Source: Pirellulales bacterium (lineage in GTDB: Bacteria; Planctomycetota; Planctomycetia; Pirellulales; JAICIG01). From it: a stretch of 64,000 nt of DNA. The position numbers and the translations under genes were made by a program. The DNA is taken from NCBI GenBank assembly GCA_040901675.1, contig JBBDYJ010000031.1, forward strand, positions 89,220 to 153,219, given 5' to 3'. The notes beneath the pieces are model-generated. The model saw nothing but the letters and a program-made list of their open reading frames with translations. It was not told the origin of the DNA and did not search any database. Position 1 is the first letter of the stretch; every line of letters begins with the position of its first letter. Shown piece after piece: positions 33,002 through 43,317 of the stretch.

Positions 33002-33202
33002 ATGGGTCTGGCAAGCCTGCAAAGCCCTGCCGCGGCGCACGGCCTCTGGCACATCAGCGACGTGCTGGAGGAATTGCTGGGCGAGCTGCTGGCCGAGCGA
33101 TGCTTCGCCTCATCGGCCGCCGATTCACCCAACGAGCTCGCGCCGTTGGAGGAGTGCGGCGCCGGCGTGGGGCTGGGCTCGATGGCCGAGGTGATCGGAT
33201 AG
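33002..33202 (+). CDS. Small hypothetical protein (66 aa)
   Basis: Strong RBS AAAGGAGAG, near-consensus promoter, amphipathic HISDVLEELLGELL helix. Confidence 0.6.
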   Translation: MGLASLQSPAAAHGLWHISDVLEELLGELLAERCFASSAADSPNELAPLEECGAGVGLGSMAEVIG

Positions 33203-33444
33203 GGCACCGGCGAAAGGAGGAAGGAGGAAAGAGGAAGGAGGAGAAATGCGGCGGGGACCCAGCATAAGGAGCCGCTGTAGGAGCGGAGCGTGAAGCGTCC
33301 TCGCTGGCGCCCCTCGACGGGCTCGGGGCGGGTCGAGCCCGCCGAGACCCGCGTCGGGTTAGTGTGGCGGCTGCCGCGGGCACTGCCTCTCGCGCACTGC
33401 TTCTCAGGGACACCAGGGCGTCCTCTCCAAGCAGTGGCACTACG

Positions 33445-34833
33445 CTAGGTCAGGATTTCGTGGACGACGCGGCCGGCGACGTCGGTGAGGCGGAAATCGC
33501 GGCCCGCGTAGCGATAGGTCAATTGCTTGTGGTCGATGCCCAGCAGGTGCAGGATCGTCGCGTGGTAGTCGTGGACGTGTACCGGGTCGGCCGCGATGTT
33601 TGCCCCGTAGTCGTCGGTCTGGCCGTAGGCGATGCCTCCCTTGACGCCGGCCCCCGCCAAGAGGCAGGTGAAAGCATTGGCCCAGTGGTTGCGCCCCTTG
33701 CCGTTGTCGCTCCAGGGAGTGCGGCCGAACTCGGTGCAGATGGCCACCAGCGTCTGGTCCAACAGGCCTCGCCGCTTCAAGTCCACCAGAAGCGCGGCGA
33801 TCGCCTTGTCGACGCGGGCCGCCTTGGCGCGGTGCTGCTGCATGTCGCCGTGGGCGTCCCAGTTGTCGTGCGAGCCGGTGTCGATCAGCTCGAGCACGCG
33901 CACGCCGCGCTCCGACAGCCTGCGGGCGATCAGGCATTGCCAGGCGAACGACGTGCTGTCGCCGCCGGCCAGCCCGTACGATTCGAGCGTCGAGGCAGTC
34001 TCGCGCGAGAGGTCGAAGATCTCCGGTGCCTCGCGCATCATGCCACGGGCGACGTCGAAACTGTCCATCCTGGCCGGCAGGCTCAGGTCGCCCGCGCGGG
34101 CACGAGCGTGCAGCTCGTTCACGTCGCGGAGCATGATCTGCTCCAGATCGGCCAGCGTCACCGAGAGGGCCGGCGACGCCAGGTCCTGGATGGGCCGGTT
34201 GCCGGGCACCAGGCGAACGCCCTGGTGGTAAGGAGGCAGGAAGTTGTTGTCCCAGACTTGGGCGCCGGCGTACGGCAGGTGTTCGGCCAGCACCATGTAC
34301 GAAGGGAGATTGGCGTTGAACGTCCCCAGCCCATAGCTGAGCCAGCAGCCGATGCTGGGCATCGGCACCGTGGATGAGCCGGTGTGCATGGCCAGCGTGG
34401 CCTGGAAGTGCTCCAGGATGTCGGTGTGCAGCGTGCGGATCACGCACAATTCGTCGGCCACGCCGGCCAGGTGCGGGAACAGCTCGCTGATCGGCAGGCC
34501 GGACTGCCCATGCCGGCCGAACTGAAACGGCGAAGCCAGCAGCGGCTCGCGCGTGACCTCGCGGAGGCTTTCGGCCGGCACCACCTTGCCATGGTCGGCC
34601 GCGAGCTTCGGCTTGGGATCGAACGTGTCGACGTGCGAGAAGCCGCCGGTCAGGAAGATGAAGATCATCTGCCTGGCCTTCGGTTCGAAGTGGGCCCGCT
34701 TCGGCGCCAGCGGATGGCCTTCGTAAGCCTGGGCCGCCAGCGCCAGCGACGGGTAGAGACCGCCGCAGGCCGCCGTCAGGCACGTCGCGTGCTTAAGGAA
34801 GTCTCGCCGATCGAAAGCCGTACACTTGGCCAT
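33445..34833 (-). CDS. DUF1501 domain protein (Tat signal)
   Basis: DRRDFLK; GGFSHVDTFDPKP; TEFGRTP; FRLTDVAG. Confidence 0.95.
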   Translation of the reverse strand: MAKCTAFDRRDFLKHATCLTAACGGLYPSLALAAQAYEGHPLAPKRAHFEPKARQMIFIFLTGGFSHVDTFDPKPKLAADHGKVVPAESLREVTREPLLASPFQFGRHGQSGLPISELFPHLAGVADELCVIRTLHTDILEHFQATLAMHTGSSTVPMPSIGCWLSYGLGTFNANLPSYMVLAEHLPYAGAQVWDNNFLPPYHQGVRLVPGNRPIQDLASPALSVTLADLEQIMLRDVNELHARARAGDLSLPARMDSFDVARGMMREAPEIFDLSRETASTLESYGLAGGDSTSFAWQCLIARRLSERGVRVLELIDTGSHDNWDAHGDMQQHRAKAARVDKAIAALLVDLKRRGLLDQTLVAICTEFGRTPWSDNGKGRNHWANAFTCLLAGAGVKGGIAYGQTDDYGANIAADPVHVHDYHATILHLLGIDHKQLTYRYAGRDFRLTDVAGRVVHEILT

Positions 34834-34891
34834 GATTGGTCCTCCCGCGCTCGGCGTCGCCTATCCCAATGTTTTAAGACACGCCCCCAGC

Positions 34892-37267
34892 TCAGTCCAG
34901 ATAAACGAACTCGTTGGACGTCAGGAGTATCCGCGCGTAGCTGGTCCAGGCGGCCGGCTCGATCTGGTCGGCTGCCGTGCCCTGGCGTGCCAGCTCGGCG
35001 GCGTACTGATCAATGTACTGGAGGCCTCGCTCGATCTCCGCGGGCCGCGCGGGGCGTCCCCAGGCCGTCTGGCAGGCCAGGTCGATCCGCCCGGCGGCGT
35101 CGGCCGATTCGGCGAGCAGGCGGCGGGCAAATCCTTCGGCCTGCCGGGTGACAAAAGGATTGTTCATCATGTAGAGGGCTTGCAACGGCACCGTGGCCTG
35201 CGTCCGCACGTCGGTCGAGTAGTTGGTGTCGGGACCATCGAACAGGGCCAGGAACGGGTGCCGCTGAATCCGCTGGGTCATCAGGTACACGCCGCGGTGG
35301 TTCGATTCGTAGACTGCCTTGAACGGCGAGTGCTGCGTCCAGGACCACGACTCGATCGGCGGGAACGGATGCTCGCCCGGCCGAGCCAGGTCGAGGTTGC
35401 CGGCGGCCGCCAGCATTGCGTCGCGAATCGCCTCGGCCTCCAGCCGGCGGCGGTCGTACCGCCAATAGAGCCGGTTGTCCGGATCGCGGGCGGCCGCCGC
35501 CTCATCATCTCCGCCGCCCAACTGGTACGTCTTCGACGACATGATCAGCCGGTGCAGGTCCTTGACGTGCCAGCCGCCGTCGACAAAGGCCGCCGCGAGC
35601 CAGTCGAGCAGCTCCGGGTGCGTGGGCGGCGCTCCGCGGACTCCGAAGTTCGATGGGGTTGCGACGATCCCCTTGCCGAAGTGGTGCTGCCAGACCCGGT
35701 TGACCATCACCCGCGCGGTGAGCGGGTGGTCGGGGCGAGTCAGCCAGCGGGCGAGCTGGAGCCTGCCGCTGGCGCCGGAGGGGATCTCCAGCTTTTCTCC
35801 CTTGGAAAGGAAGCCCGGCACGCCGCGCGGTACGACCGGCCCCGCATCCCGCGGTTCACCGCGGACTTGCAGCGGCACGTCGTGCGGCTGCCCTTCGGTT
35901 ACGGCGTAGGCGCCGCTCACGCCTGCAGGCAGCCCGGGGCGCCGCAGGATTCGCAGCTCGGCTTTGAGCGCGTCGACCTTCGGCCGATCGACCGGCTCTT
36001 GCTTCTCGAGCTGGGCGATCTGGTCTTCCAGCGCCCGGACCGCGGCTTGATGCGATTCGATCGCCGGCCTGGCCTGCTCAGGCGCGGTCAACGGCACGAA
36101 ATGGCTGCGGGGAAACCCCTTGGACATCAGCTCTTCCGAGCCGGCGTACGGGTACTGGGTGCTGGCGAAGAACCCGTACAGCGCGTAGTAATCGTCGATG
36201 GTCACCGGGTCGAACTTGTGATCGTGGCAGCGGGCGCAGCGCAGCGTGAGACCGAGGAACGCCCGGCCAGTCGTCTCGATCGTGTCCTCGATCGAGAGGT
36301 GCCAAAGCTCGAACGGAGCGGTCGCGTACCGCCGCGACAGGGCTACGAAGCCCGTGGCCACGACCCGCTCGGCATACGACTCCGGCGGCCCCTCGCCGTC
36401 CGGAGTGCTGCCGGCCAGGATGTCGCCCGCAAGCTGCTCTTGGACAAATTGGTCGTATGGCTTGTCGGCGTTGAACGAGTCGATGATGTAATCGCGGTAC
36501 AGCCGGGCTTCGGGCACCGGGTAGTCGGCATTGTCGCCCGCCGTGTCGGCGTAACGGACGACATCCATCCAATGGCGCCCCCAGCGCTCGCCGTAGTGCG
36601 GTGAGGCGAGCAATCGCTCGACCACCTGGTCGAAGGCGGCCGGCGACTCATCGGCCAGAAAGGCTGCCACTTCGTCGCGGGTGGGAGGCAGTCCGATCAG
36701 GTCGAACGTTGCCCGGCGGATCAGCGTACGCTTGTCGGCCGGTCGCAGGGGCGCAAGATCTTGGTCGGCCAGGGCTGCCATGATGAACCGATCGATCGGG
36801 TGATCCGACCAGCCGCTGGTGTCCGCGGGCGGAGCGATCCGTTCGACCGGCTGAAAAGCCCAGTGCGCGAGCGGAGAGGCCGTCTCGGCGCCGAGCGGCG
36901 GCTCGTGGTCGGGCCAAGGCGCGCCCGCTTTGACCCAGGCCACGAAGGCGGTGATCGACTCGTCATCGAGCCGCTCGTCGGGCGGCATCTTCGGTTCGCC
37001 CGTATGGAGGATGGCCCGGATCAAGAGGCTCTTGTCCGGTTCGCCGGGGACGATGGCCGGGCCGCTTTGGCCGCCTTCGATCAGCGCCTCCCGTGAGTCG
37101 GCCCGCAGCCCCGCCTCACCGTCCTCAGCATGGCAATTCAGGCAGGTTCCCGCCAGGATGGGCCGAATGTTCAACTCGAACCAATCTTCGTCGGCCGGCG
37201 ACTGGGCCTGGCCAACCGATTGGAGGCAGACGAGCAACAGCGGGAGCAGGGCGGCGGGCTTGGGCAT
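34892..37267 (-). CDS. Planctomycete cytochrome c / DUF1549 / DUF1553 protein
   Basis: CLNCH; WGRHWMDVVRYADT; CARCHDHKFDP; PTHPELLDWLA; NEFVYLD. Confidence 0.93.
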   Translation of the reverse strand: MPKPAALLPLLLVCLQSVGQAQSPADEDWFELNIRPILAGTCLNCHAEDGEAGLRADSREALIEGGQSGPAIVPGEPDKSLLIRAILHTGEPKMPPDERLDDESITAFVAWVKAGAPWPDHEPPLGAETASPLAHWAFQPVERIAPPADTSGWSDHPIDRFIMAALADQDLAPLRPADKRTLIRRATFDLIGLPPTRDEVAAFLADESPAAFDQVVERLLASPHYGERWGRHWMDVVRYADTAGDNADYPVPEARLYRDYIIDSFNADKPYDQFVQEQLAGDILAGSTPDGEGPPESYAERVVATGFVALSRRYATAPFELWHLSIEDTIETTGRAFLGLTLRCARCHDHKFDPVTIDDYYALYGFFASTQYPYAGSEELMSKGFPRSHFVPLTAPEQARPAIESHQAAVRALEDQIAQLEKQEPVDRPKVDALKAELRILRRPGLPAGVSGAYAVTEGQPHDVPLQVRGEPRDAGPVVPRGVPGFLSKGEKLEIPSGASGRLQLARWLTRPDHPLTARVMVNRVWQHHFGKGIVATPSNFGVRGAPPTHPELLDWLAAAFVDGGWHVKDLHRLIMSSKTYQLGGGDDEAAAARDPDNRLYWRYDRRRLEAEAIRDAMLAAAGNLDLARPGEHPFPPIESWSWTQHSPFKAVYESNHRGVYLMTQRIQRHPFLALFDGPDTNYSTDVRTQATVPLQALYMMNNPFVTRQAEGFARRLLAESADAAGRIDLACQTAWGRPARPAEIERGLQYIDQYAAELARQGTAADQIEPAAWTSYARILLTSNEFVYLD

Positions 37268-37424
37268 GCTGTGTTCCAGGCGGGATTCTGAGCGGTGCCG
37301 CTTGCGCCCATTAACTTATCCGAAGTTCGCCCCGATTGCGAGCAAGCTATACCTTGGATATGCCTCCAAGCCCGTCGGAAACCGGGGATTAGCGGGGCCT
37401 GGCCGTTCAGCGAGGTATCAACGC

Positions 37425-37517
37425 ATGTCAGTCGGCGTGTTAGGCATCCTGGCCGCGCTGGCCGTGCTGGCGCTCGTGGGGCTGGTGCTGTGGCTGTTCG
37501 GCGGAGGGCGGCAGTAG
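37425..37517 (+). CDS. Small single-pass membrane peptide (30 aa)
   Basis: GAGGT RBS; MSVGVLGILAALAVLALVGLVLWLFGGGRQ. Confidence 0.5.
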   Translation: MSVGVLGILAALAVLALVGLVLWLFGGGRQ

Positions 37518-37749
37518 CCGGCCGCCGCGACGGCGCCCAACGGCGCGGGGCCTGCGATCCGCGCCAACGCGGTTTTAACGGTCGTGCCGGCGGTATCGGC
37601 ACAGTCCCAGCGATGCCGCGGGCTGCTCCTGTCGCGGCGGGCGGGAACGGCGCGAATTTTGCTTCCAAGGCGCCGTGGCACGGCGTCGGTGGCCTATGCT
37701 TTTTAATGGGGCGAAGCGCTTTTTTAAGGCGGATTGCGGACGACAGACC

Positions 37750-38145
37750 ATGCACCACGTCGATTCGGTCAGCTTCGATGCTCTGCGAATGCGCCATCCG
37801 AGGCAGGCGATTCGCGATTACATCGAGCAACTGATTCCAACCGTCGACCCGACCATGGACCGCAGGGCCGCCCGCCGTTTCGTCACCACGTTTCCGGCGG
37901 TGGCGGTAGCGCTGAACGAGAACTTCGAGCCGGAGGGGAACCCCTTCGTGGCCCTCGTCCACAACATCTCGACGCACGGGTTGGCCATGGTCCACATCAG
38001 GCCGGTCGCCGCCAAGTACGTCGGCGTCGAGCTGCGGCTTCCTCGCGGGCAAAACGTCCAGGTGATCATTGAGATCACCCGTTGCGAGTTGATCGGTCTG
38101 GACTACGAGATCGCCGGCCGCTTTGTCCACGCACCCGACGAGTAG
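37750..38145 (+). CDS. PilZ domain protein
   Basis: DRRAARRF (RxxxR) and NISTHG ([DN]xSxxG); C-terminal EITRC...AGRF. Confidence 0.75.
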   Translation: MHHVDSVSFDALRMRHPRQAIRDYIEQLIPTVDPTMDRRAARRFVTTFPAVAVALNENFEPEGNPFVALVHNISTHGLAMVHIRPVAAKYVGVELRLPRGQNVQVIIEITRCELIGLDYEIAGRFVHAPDE

Positions 38146-38425
38146 ACGGCGGCACGGACGCTGGCGCTCTTGCGCGTCCTAAGCGAGCTACCTCACGTCC
38201 CGGCGCGCCGGGATGAGGCCTACCTAACTCTGCCTTTCCGCCGGCCCCTGCATGTTGGCTGAAAACCCGAGATCTCTCCCCAAACGGGGTGCAGGGTTAT
38301 ACGGTTTCTGCCGATTGTACTTTTGAAGGCCCCTTTTCCGCGCACTTGGGGCGCCTGCGTCAGGACATACCGGGCGGGCCGGACTGCCAAGGAACCGTTT
38401 CAGCCAGTTTTCCAGTGACCACGCC

Positions 38426-38950
38426 ATGCGGCAGGCCCTGATCATCATGACATTCTGCTGCCTGGCTCAGGCGGGCTGCCGGTCGTTGCTGGACCCTGCA
38501 TCGATCAGGCTGGTTGAAGAGCCGGCGGCCTTGGAGGCGCAGTTGATGGAAGCGGCTCCTCCGGGCACTCCCATCGAGGCGGCCCGCGGCATGATGGAGC
38601 GAAATGGCTTCGACTGCCGGTACGAAGAGTTTGAAGGCATCAGCTATCTTCACTGCGTCCAGCGCCGGACCAAGCACATCAACCCGGGGTTGGAAGCAGT
38701 CTGGACCGACACCATCTATCACCAGTTGGGCATGGTGCAAAACCACCGCGTCCGCTACGAAGTGGTGCCGGTCGAGCACGGTCTGCCGGTAAGCCGCAGC
38801 AGATCGGGCCGCGGTTCGCGGAACCGCCAGGGGCACCACCATCCAGGGCATCATCACAGGCATGTTCACGAGGCGCCGGCCGAGATGCCCGGTGTGCCGA
38901 CCGACGCGCCCGGCCAGTGGTACATCGAGGAAGCTCCCGCGGTCGACTAG
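38426..38950 (+). CDS. Lipoprotein with His-rich C-terminal segment
   Basis: Lipobox AQAG|C; GHHHPGHHHRHVHE. Confidence 0.65.
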   Translation: MRQALIIMTFCCLAQAGCRSLLDPASIRLVEEPAALEAQLMEAAPPGTPIEAARGMMERNGFDCRYEEFEGISYLHCVQRRTKHINPGLEAVWTDTIYHQLGMVQNHRVRYEVVPVEHGLPVSRSRSGRGSRNRQGHHHPGHHHRHVHEAPAEMPGVPTDAPGQWYIEEAPAVD

Positions 38951-39119
38951 GGCCCGCCGCCGCTCCGGGCGGCAGTTGTTCCCTGGACCGACTGACGGAG
39001 CTCGTAAGTTCCCCGCCTCGCTTTCCTGCCCACCGCGCTGCGGCTTGTCAGGTTCGCTTGCCCGGCGGGCAATACACCGGGAAAGATTTGGCGTGGGGGC
39101 CTGGAAGGTGGTCGTCCGG

Positions 39120-39509
39120 ATGCCAACTGCCGCCAAGTCGTCCAAAGCCGCCCGCAAAGGCGCCGCGCGTGGCAGCGGGCGAAAACGCAGGCCACTTGCG
39201 GGCAGGATCCCGGTCACGCCGGCGCGCAAGTTCGGCAGCCACCTCAAAGAGTTGGTCCGCGATGCGGGCATGGCGGCCAAGGACTTCGCCGCCCAGATCG
39301 GACGCAGCGACGACACCGTCTGGTATTGGCTGCGAGGCGAACACGTTCCACACATCGACGAGTGGCCGCGGATTGCCGAGGCCCTGGGCATCGGCAACGT
39401 GCGCGACCTGGTGCCCGACATGCCCGTGCGGCGGCGGCGCGCGGCTCGCAGTCGAAAAGCGCCCCTCGATGGTGCCAAGCCCCGCGGCCGCCGCCAGAGG
39501 AAACGATGA
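39120..39509 (+). CDS. XRE/Cro-like helix-turn-helix protein with basic tails
   Basis: FGSHLKEL..AGMAAKDFAAQIGRSDDTVWYWLRGEHVP....PRIAEALG. Confidence 0.8.
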   Translation: MPTAAKSSKAARKGAARGSGRKRRPLAGRIPVTPARKFGSHLKELVRDAGMAAKDFAAQIGRSDDTVWYWLRGEHVPHIDEWPRIAEALGIGNVRDLVPDMPVRRRRAARSRKAPLDGAKPRGRRQRKR

Positions 39510-39629
39510 AGACGTAACGGTGCCGCCTGAAACGCCGACCCCCATACTGATACCGACTCCGGTAGCGGTTCTCGCGAATACGAAGTAGACTCGATTGGTC
39601 GGAAGCAAGGGTGCGGGGGCGGTTTTCGA

Positions 39630-40355
39630 ATGGCCGACCGCTATTATTCACAGCCCATCGCGGGCGACCGAATCACGCTGGTTGGCCCGGAGGCCCACCA
39701 CTTGGCCCACGTGGCGCGGGCCAGGCCCGGCGACGAGGTGCTCGTGTTCGATGGACTGGGGAGCGAGTTCGCCGCGCGAGTCGAGCGCGTGGGCCGCGGT
39801 GAAGTGGAGTTGGCCATTGTGGGCCGACGCAAGGTCGACCGCGAGCTTCCGCTGGAGCTCTCGGTGGCGGCCGCGCTGCCGAAAGGCGACCGCCAGCGGT
39901 GGCTCGTGGAAAAAGCGGTCGAGCTGGGCGTGACCCGCCTGGTGCCCCTGGTGACGACGCGAGGCGTGGCCCAACCGGTGGAGAAGGCGATTGACCGGCT
40001 GCGCCGCACGGTGATCGAGGCCTCCAAGCAGTGCGGCCGCACGCGGCTCTTGGAGATCGCCGAGCCCGAGCGTTGGGATGCGTTCTGCGCGCGGCAGGCG
40101 GGCAGCCGTTGCCACCGGGCCGTGGCGCATCCCGATGGCGGTGAGCCGGCCCGGTCGCTGTTCGAGTTGCTCGCCCCGCCTCGCCGGGTCGACTCGCTCG
40201 TGCTCGCCGTCGGGCCGGAAGGAGGGTTCACCGCCGAGGAGCTGGCCCAGGCCGCCGCGGCCGGCTGGAGCTTGTTGAGCTTGGGGCCGCGGGTGCTGCG
40301 GGTCGAGACGGCGGTCAGCTATCTGGCGGCGCTGGTGGCGGCGGCCAGTGAATAG
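39630..40355 (+). CDS. rsmE: 16S rRNA m3U1498 methyltransferase
   Basis: EAHHLAHV; VEKAVELGV; EASKQCGR; VGPEGGF; LGPRVLRVETA. Confidence 0.95.
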   Translation: MADRYYSQPIAGDRITLVGPEAHHLAHVARARPGDEVLVFDGLGSEFAARVERVGRGEVELAIVGRRKVDRELPLELSVAAALPKGDRQRWLVEKAVELGVTRLVPLVTTRGVAQPVEKAIDRLRRTVIEASKQCGRTRLLEIAEPERWDAFCARQAGSRCHRAVAHPDGGEPARSLFELLAPPRRVDSLVLAVGPEGGFTAEELAQAAAAGWSLLSLGPRVLRVETAVSYLAALVAAASE

Positions 40356-40502
40356 AAGGAGAAGGGAGAGGAAGAGCGACCGCGGAGGACGCAGAGACGC
40401 GCGGAGAAGGACGAAGAAGAGGAAACCACGAAAGACACGAAGACAGAGTGACGGACGAAGACGCTACGGGGTCTCGCGCCAAAGCGCCAAGGCCGGACGA
40501 AG

Positions 40503-41078
40503 CTACTTTGGAGCTGGCTCGGGCTTTGGTTCGTCGGGGGTTGGCTCGTCCCTCACGATGCGGCCGAACAATTTGCCGGCGTGATCCGGCGCGCTCCAGG
40601 TGCCGGCGTACTCGCCGCGGTAGAACAACACGCGGGCGCTGTATGTGCCCAGCACGGGGACTACCGCGTCGGTGAGCGTGATCATCGGCGTGTCGCCGGC
40701 CCATTTCATCTGCAGGGTCAAGGGGATGGTCGGCGCGTTTTCGCCGCCGTACTGAAACTCGAACAACCAGTAGTCGCCCCGCTCGAGCTTCTGGACCTTC
40801 TTCAGCCGATAACTCTCCTCTTTCAGCCCTTTCTCCTCTTCCTGCCCATCGGTAGTGAAGTAGCCGACCAGCCTTGACCCGGACATCGTCTCCTCGAACT
40901 CGCGCTCCAATTCCGCCTGGTCAACCGGCGCGGCCGGCGGCGGCGTGGCGGGCTGGTCCGTTTCAGGCTGAGCTGGCTCGTCCTTCGGGGGCTGAGCATG
41001 GGCACGCATGCCGGCGAGAACGGCCAGCCCCAAACACGCGGCCAGAAGGACGATGACGGCGAAACGTTGCTGTGACAT
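40503..41078 (-). CDS. Conserved secreted hypothetical protein
   Basis: Signal peptide; LVGYFT..; KWAGDTPMITL; YAGTW. Confidence 0.7.
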   Translation of the reverse strand: MSQQRFAVIVLLAACLGLAVLAGMRAHAQPPKDEPAQPETDQPATPPPAAPVDQAELEREFEETMSGSRLVGYFTTDGQEEEKGLKEESYRLKKVQKLERGDYWLFEFQYGGENAPTIPLTLQMKWAGDTPMITLTDAVVPVLGTYSARVLFYRGEYAGTWSAPDHAGKLFGRIVRDEPTPDEPKPEPAPK

Positions 41079-41155
41079 GGCAGACTGCCTCGGCATATCG
41101 GGACACAAAGTGGGTAATGCTCGCGGGTCTATTGTAACCGGCCGTCTGCCCCCGC

Positions 41156-41932
41156 TCACAAGCTTTGCAGGAACTGCACGGCCTGACCTACTTCCTCTAC
41201 GGGATCGGACGACCGCTCGCGCTCGATGCACCAATAGCCCCGGTAGGCGTGCTCTTCGAGGGCCCCCATCAAAGCGGGAAAATCGGCGCTGCCGCGGCCC
41301 AGGGGCACTTCGACGCCGCGGCCCTGGGCCAGGTCGCGGACTCCATCCTTGGCGTGCACGTAATGAATGTCCGGGCCAAGCGCCTCGATTGCCTCGAGCG
41401 GCGAAAACCCGTTGATGATCAGATTGCCCGGATTCAACGTGGCCGCTAGCGAGCCGGCCGGCAGCGCGGCGATCAGGCGCTTCAGGTCCATCCCGCTTTC
41501 GCTGCCCGTTTCCGCGGCCAACATCACGCCCACGTGCTGGCCGTAAGCGCCCAAGTCGCTGAGAGCCTGGACCAGGTTATGCCAGGCCTGCCCCTCGGGC
41601 TTCGCCGGCACGCGGCCCACCTGGTTGACCAGCACGGCGGCCCGCAGCGAACGGGCAAAGGCGAGCGCCTGCTTGGTCGCTTCGACGCGCCGCTGGAGGT
41701 CGTCGCTGGCGTCGTAACCTCGACGGGTGCGGAAACCGACGGCCGCCACGGACAGCCCCAGGTCGTCCAGCAGCTTGCGCAACTGCCGAAGGCCGGTTTC
41801 CGAGAGATCGTTCGGCTTGATGTCGCCGCGCGCGTCGACCTCGACCGCCGAGGCGCCGAGCTGCTTGGCGACGTGCAGTGCCTGCTTGAAAGGCAGCCGC
41901 AAGCTGCGCAATTGAATGGCGATTTTCCGCAT
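41156..41932 (-). CDS. Sugar phosphate isomerase/epimerase family protein
   Basis: AAETG; LNPGN; YVHAKDG; PLGRGSADF; YRGYWCIE. Confidence 0.88.
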   Translation of the reverse strand: MRKIAIQLRSLRLPFKQALHVAKQLGASAVEVDARGDIKPNDLSETGLRQLRKLLDDLGLSVAAVGFRTRRGYDASDDLQRRVEATKQALAFARSLRAAVLVNQVGRVPAKPEGQAWHNLVQALSDLGAYGQHVGVMLAAETGSESGMDLKRLIAALPAGSLAATLNPGNLIINGFSPLEAIEALGPDIHYVHAKDGVRDLAQGRGVEVPLGRGSADFPALMGALEEHAYRGYWCIERERSSDPVEEVGQAVQFLQSL

Positions 41933-42064
41933 GTCGGGTGCTTGCGAGACCGTTTATCGGACGCTTGCGAGACCGTTGGCGTTGATCCTGATTGTAGCCG
42001 CGGCCGGCTGCGCGCCCATGGCATCGTGGCCGAGCCGTGAGTTTGGTATGTTTGCCTTCCAGCA

Positions 42065-43117
42065 ATGGCCGGTTTCCTGATCTATGGCGCGAATGGGTAT
42101 ACGGGAGGTTTGATTGCGCGGGAGGCGATCGCCAGAGGACATCGGCCGATCCTGGCGGGACGAAGTCAGCAGGCGGTCGAGGCCGCTGCAAACGACATGG
42201 GACTCGAGGGCCGAGTGTTCGGCCTGGACGATGCCAAGAACGTCGATGCAGCGATCCGGGACGTCGATGTCGTGCTGAACTGCGCGGGACCGTTTTCAAG
42301 GACAGCCGGGCCGCTGGTCGACACCTGCCTGCGGACTGCCAGGCACTATGTGGACATCACGGGCGAGGCGGCGGTGTTCGAGGCCGTGGCCGAGCGCGGC
42401 GAGGAGGCGAAGGCGGCGGGCGTCATGCTGATGCCCGGCGCCGGGTTCGACGTGGTGCCGTCCGACTGCCTGGCGGCCCATCTCAAGCGGCGGCTGCCGT
42501 CGGCGACGAAGCTGGCACTGGCGTTCCAGTTTCAAGGCCGCCTCTCGCGCGGAACGGCGCTGACGATGCTCGAAAACCTGCACGGCCGGGGGCTGGTGCG
42601 GATCGACGGAAAGCTGACGCGCGTGCCCGCGGCATGGAAAACGCGGACGATCGACTTCGGCGGCGGGCCGGTGAAAGCAGTGACTATCCCGTGGGGAGAC
42701 GTGGTGACCGCGTATTACAGCACCGGCATCGGGAATATCGAGGTCTACATGGCGGCGCCGCTCGTGCGCCGCTTGGCGATTCGGGCAACGCGGTACGTGG
42801 CGCCGCTGCTGCGCCGAGAGCTTGTGCGACGGCAACTGGAAAAGCGAATCCGGGCTGCACGGCCCGGACCATCGGACGCCGAGCGGGCACGCGGCGCGAG
42901 CTGGCTGTGGGGCGAAGTCTCGGACGACGGCGGCAACCGCGCCGTCTCTCGAATCCAAGGTCCGGAGGGATACACGTTGACGGCGCAAGCGGCAGTCGCC
43001 GTGATCCAGCGCGTGCTGGCCGGCGATGCGCCGGCAGGCTATCAGACCCCTTCGATGGCTTACGGACCGGACTTTGTGTTGACGCTGCCGGGGGTGGAGA
43101 GGAAGGCAGAAGGATGA
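42065..43117 (+). CDS. Saccharopine dehydrogenase-like oxidoreductase
   Basis: IYGANGYTG; LNCAGPF; HYVDITGE; GFDVVPSDCLA. Confidence 0.9.
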   Translation: MAGFLIYGANGYTGGLIAREAIARGHRPILAGRSQQAVEAAANDMGLEGRVFGLDDAKNVDAAIRDVDVVLNCAGPFSRTAGPLVDTCLRTARHYVDITGEAAVFEAVAERGEEAKAAGVMLMPGAGFDVVPSDCLAAHLKRRLPSATKLALAFQFQGRLSRGTALTMLENLHGRGLVRIDGKLTRVPAAWKTRTIDFGGGPVKAVTIPWGDVVTAYYSTGIGNIEVYMAAPLVRRLAIRATRYVAPLLRRELVRRQLEKRIRAARPGPSDAERARGASWLWGEVSDDGGNRAVSRIQGPEGYTLTAQAAVAVIQRVLAGDAPAGYQTPSMAYGPDFVLTLPGVERKAEG

Positions 43118-43317
43118 AGGCAGAAGGCAGAATGAAAAAGGATGAAGGCAGAAGGCAGAAGGAGAGTAAGAGCAGAGGGGACTCTTCTGTTCGGCAGGGC
43201 GGAAGCAGGTACGACGGGGCACCGAAGATGACGCTGCTGGGCAAGCCAGCAGTGGCACCCGAAGAGAAGCCCGTCGGAATGGAAAGTGCAAGCTGAAGTC
43301 GGGCCGAGCCAGATCGG

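Noticed and set aside
39120..39600. Prophage remnant around the XRE gene
   Set aside because: Flanking genes are a lipoprotein and rsmE; no phage structural, replication or integrase genes are present
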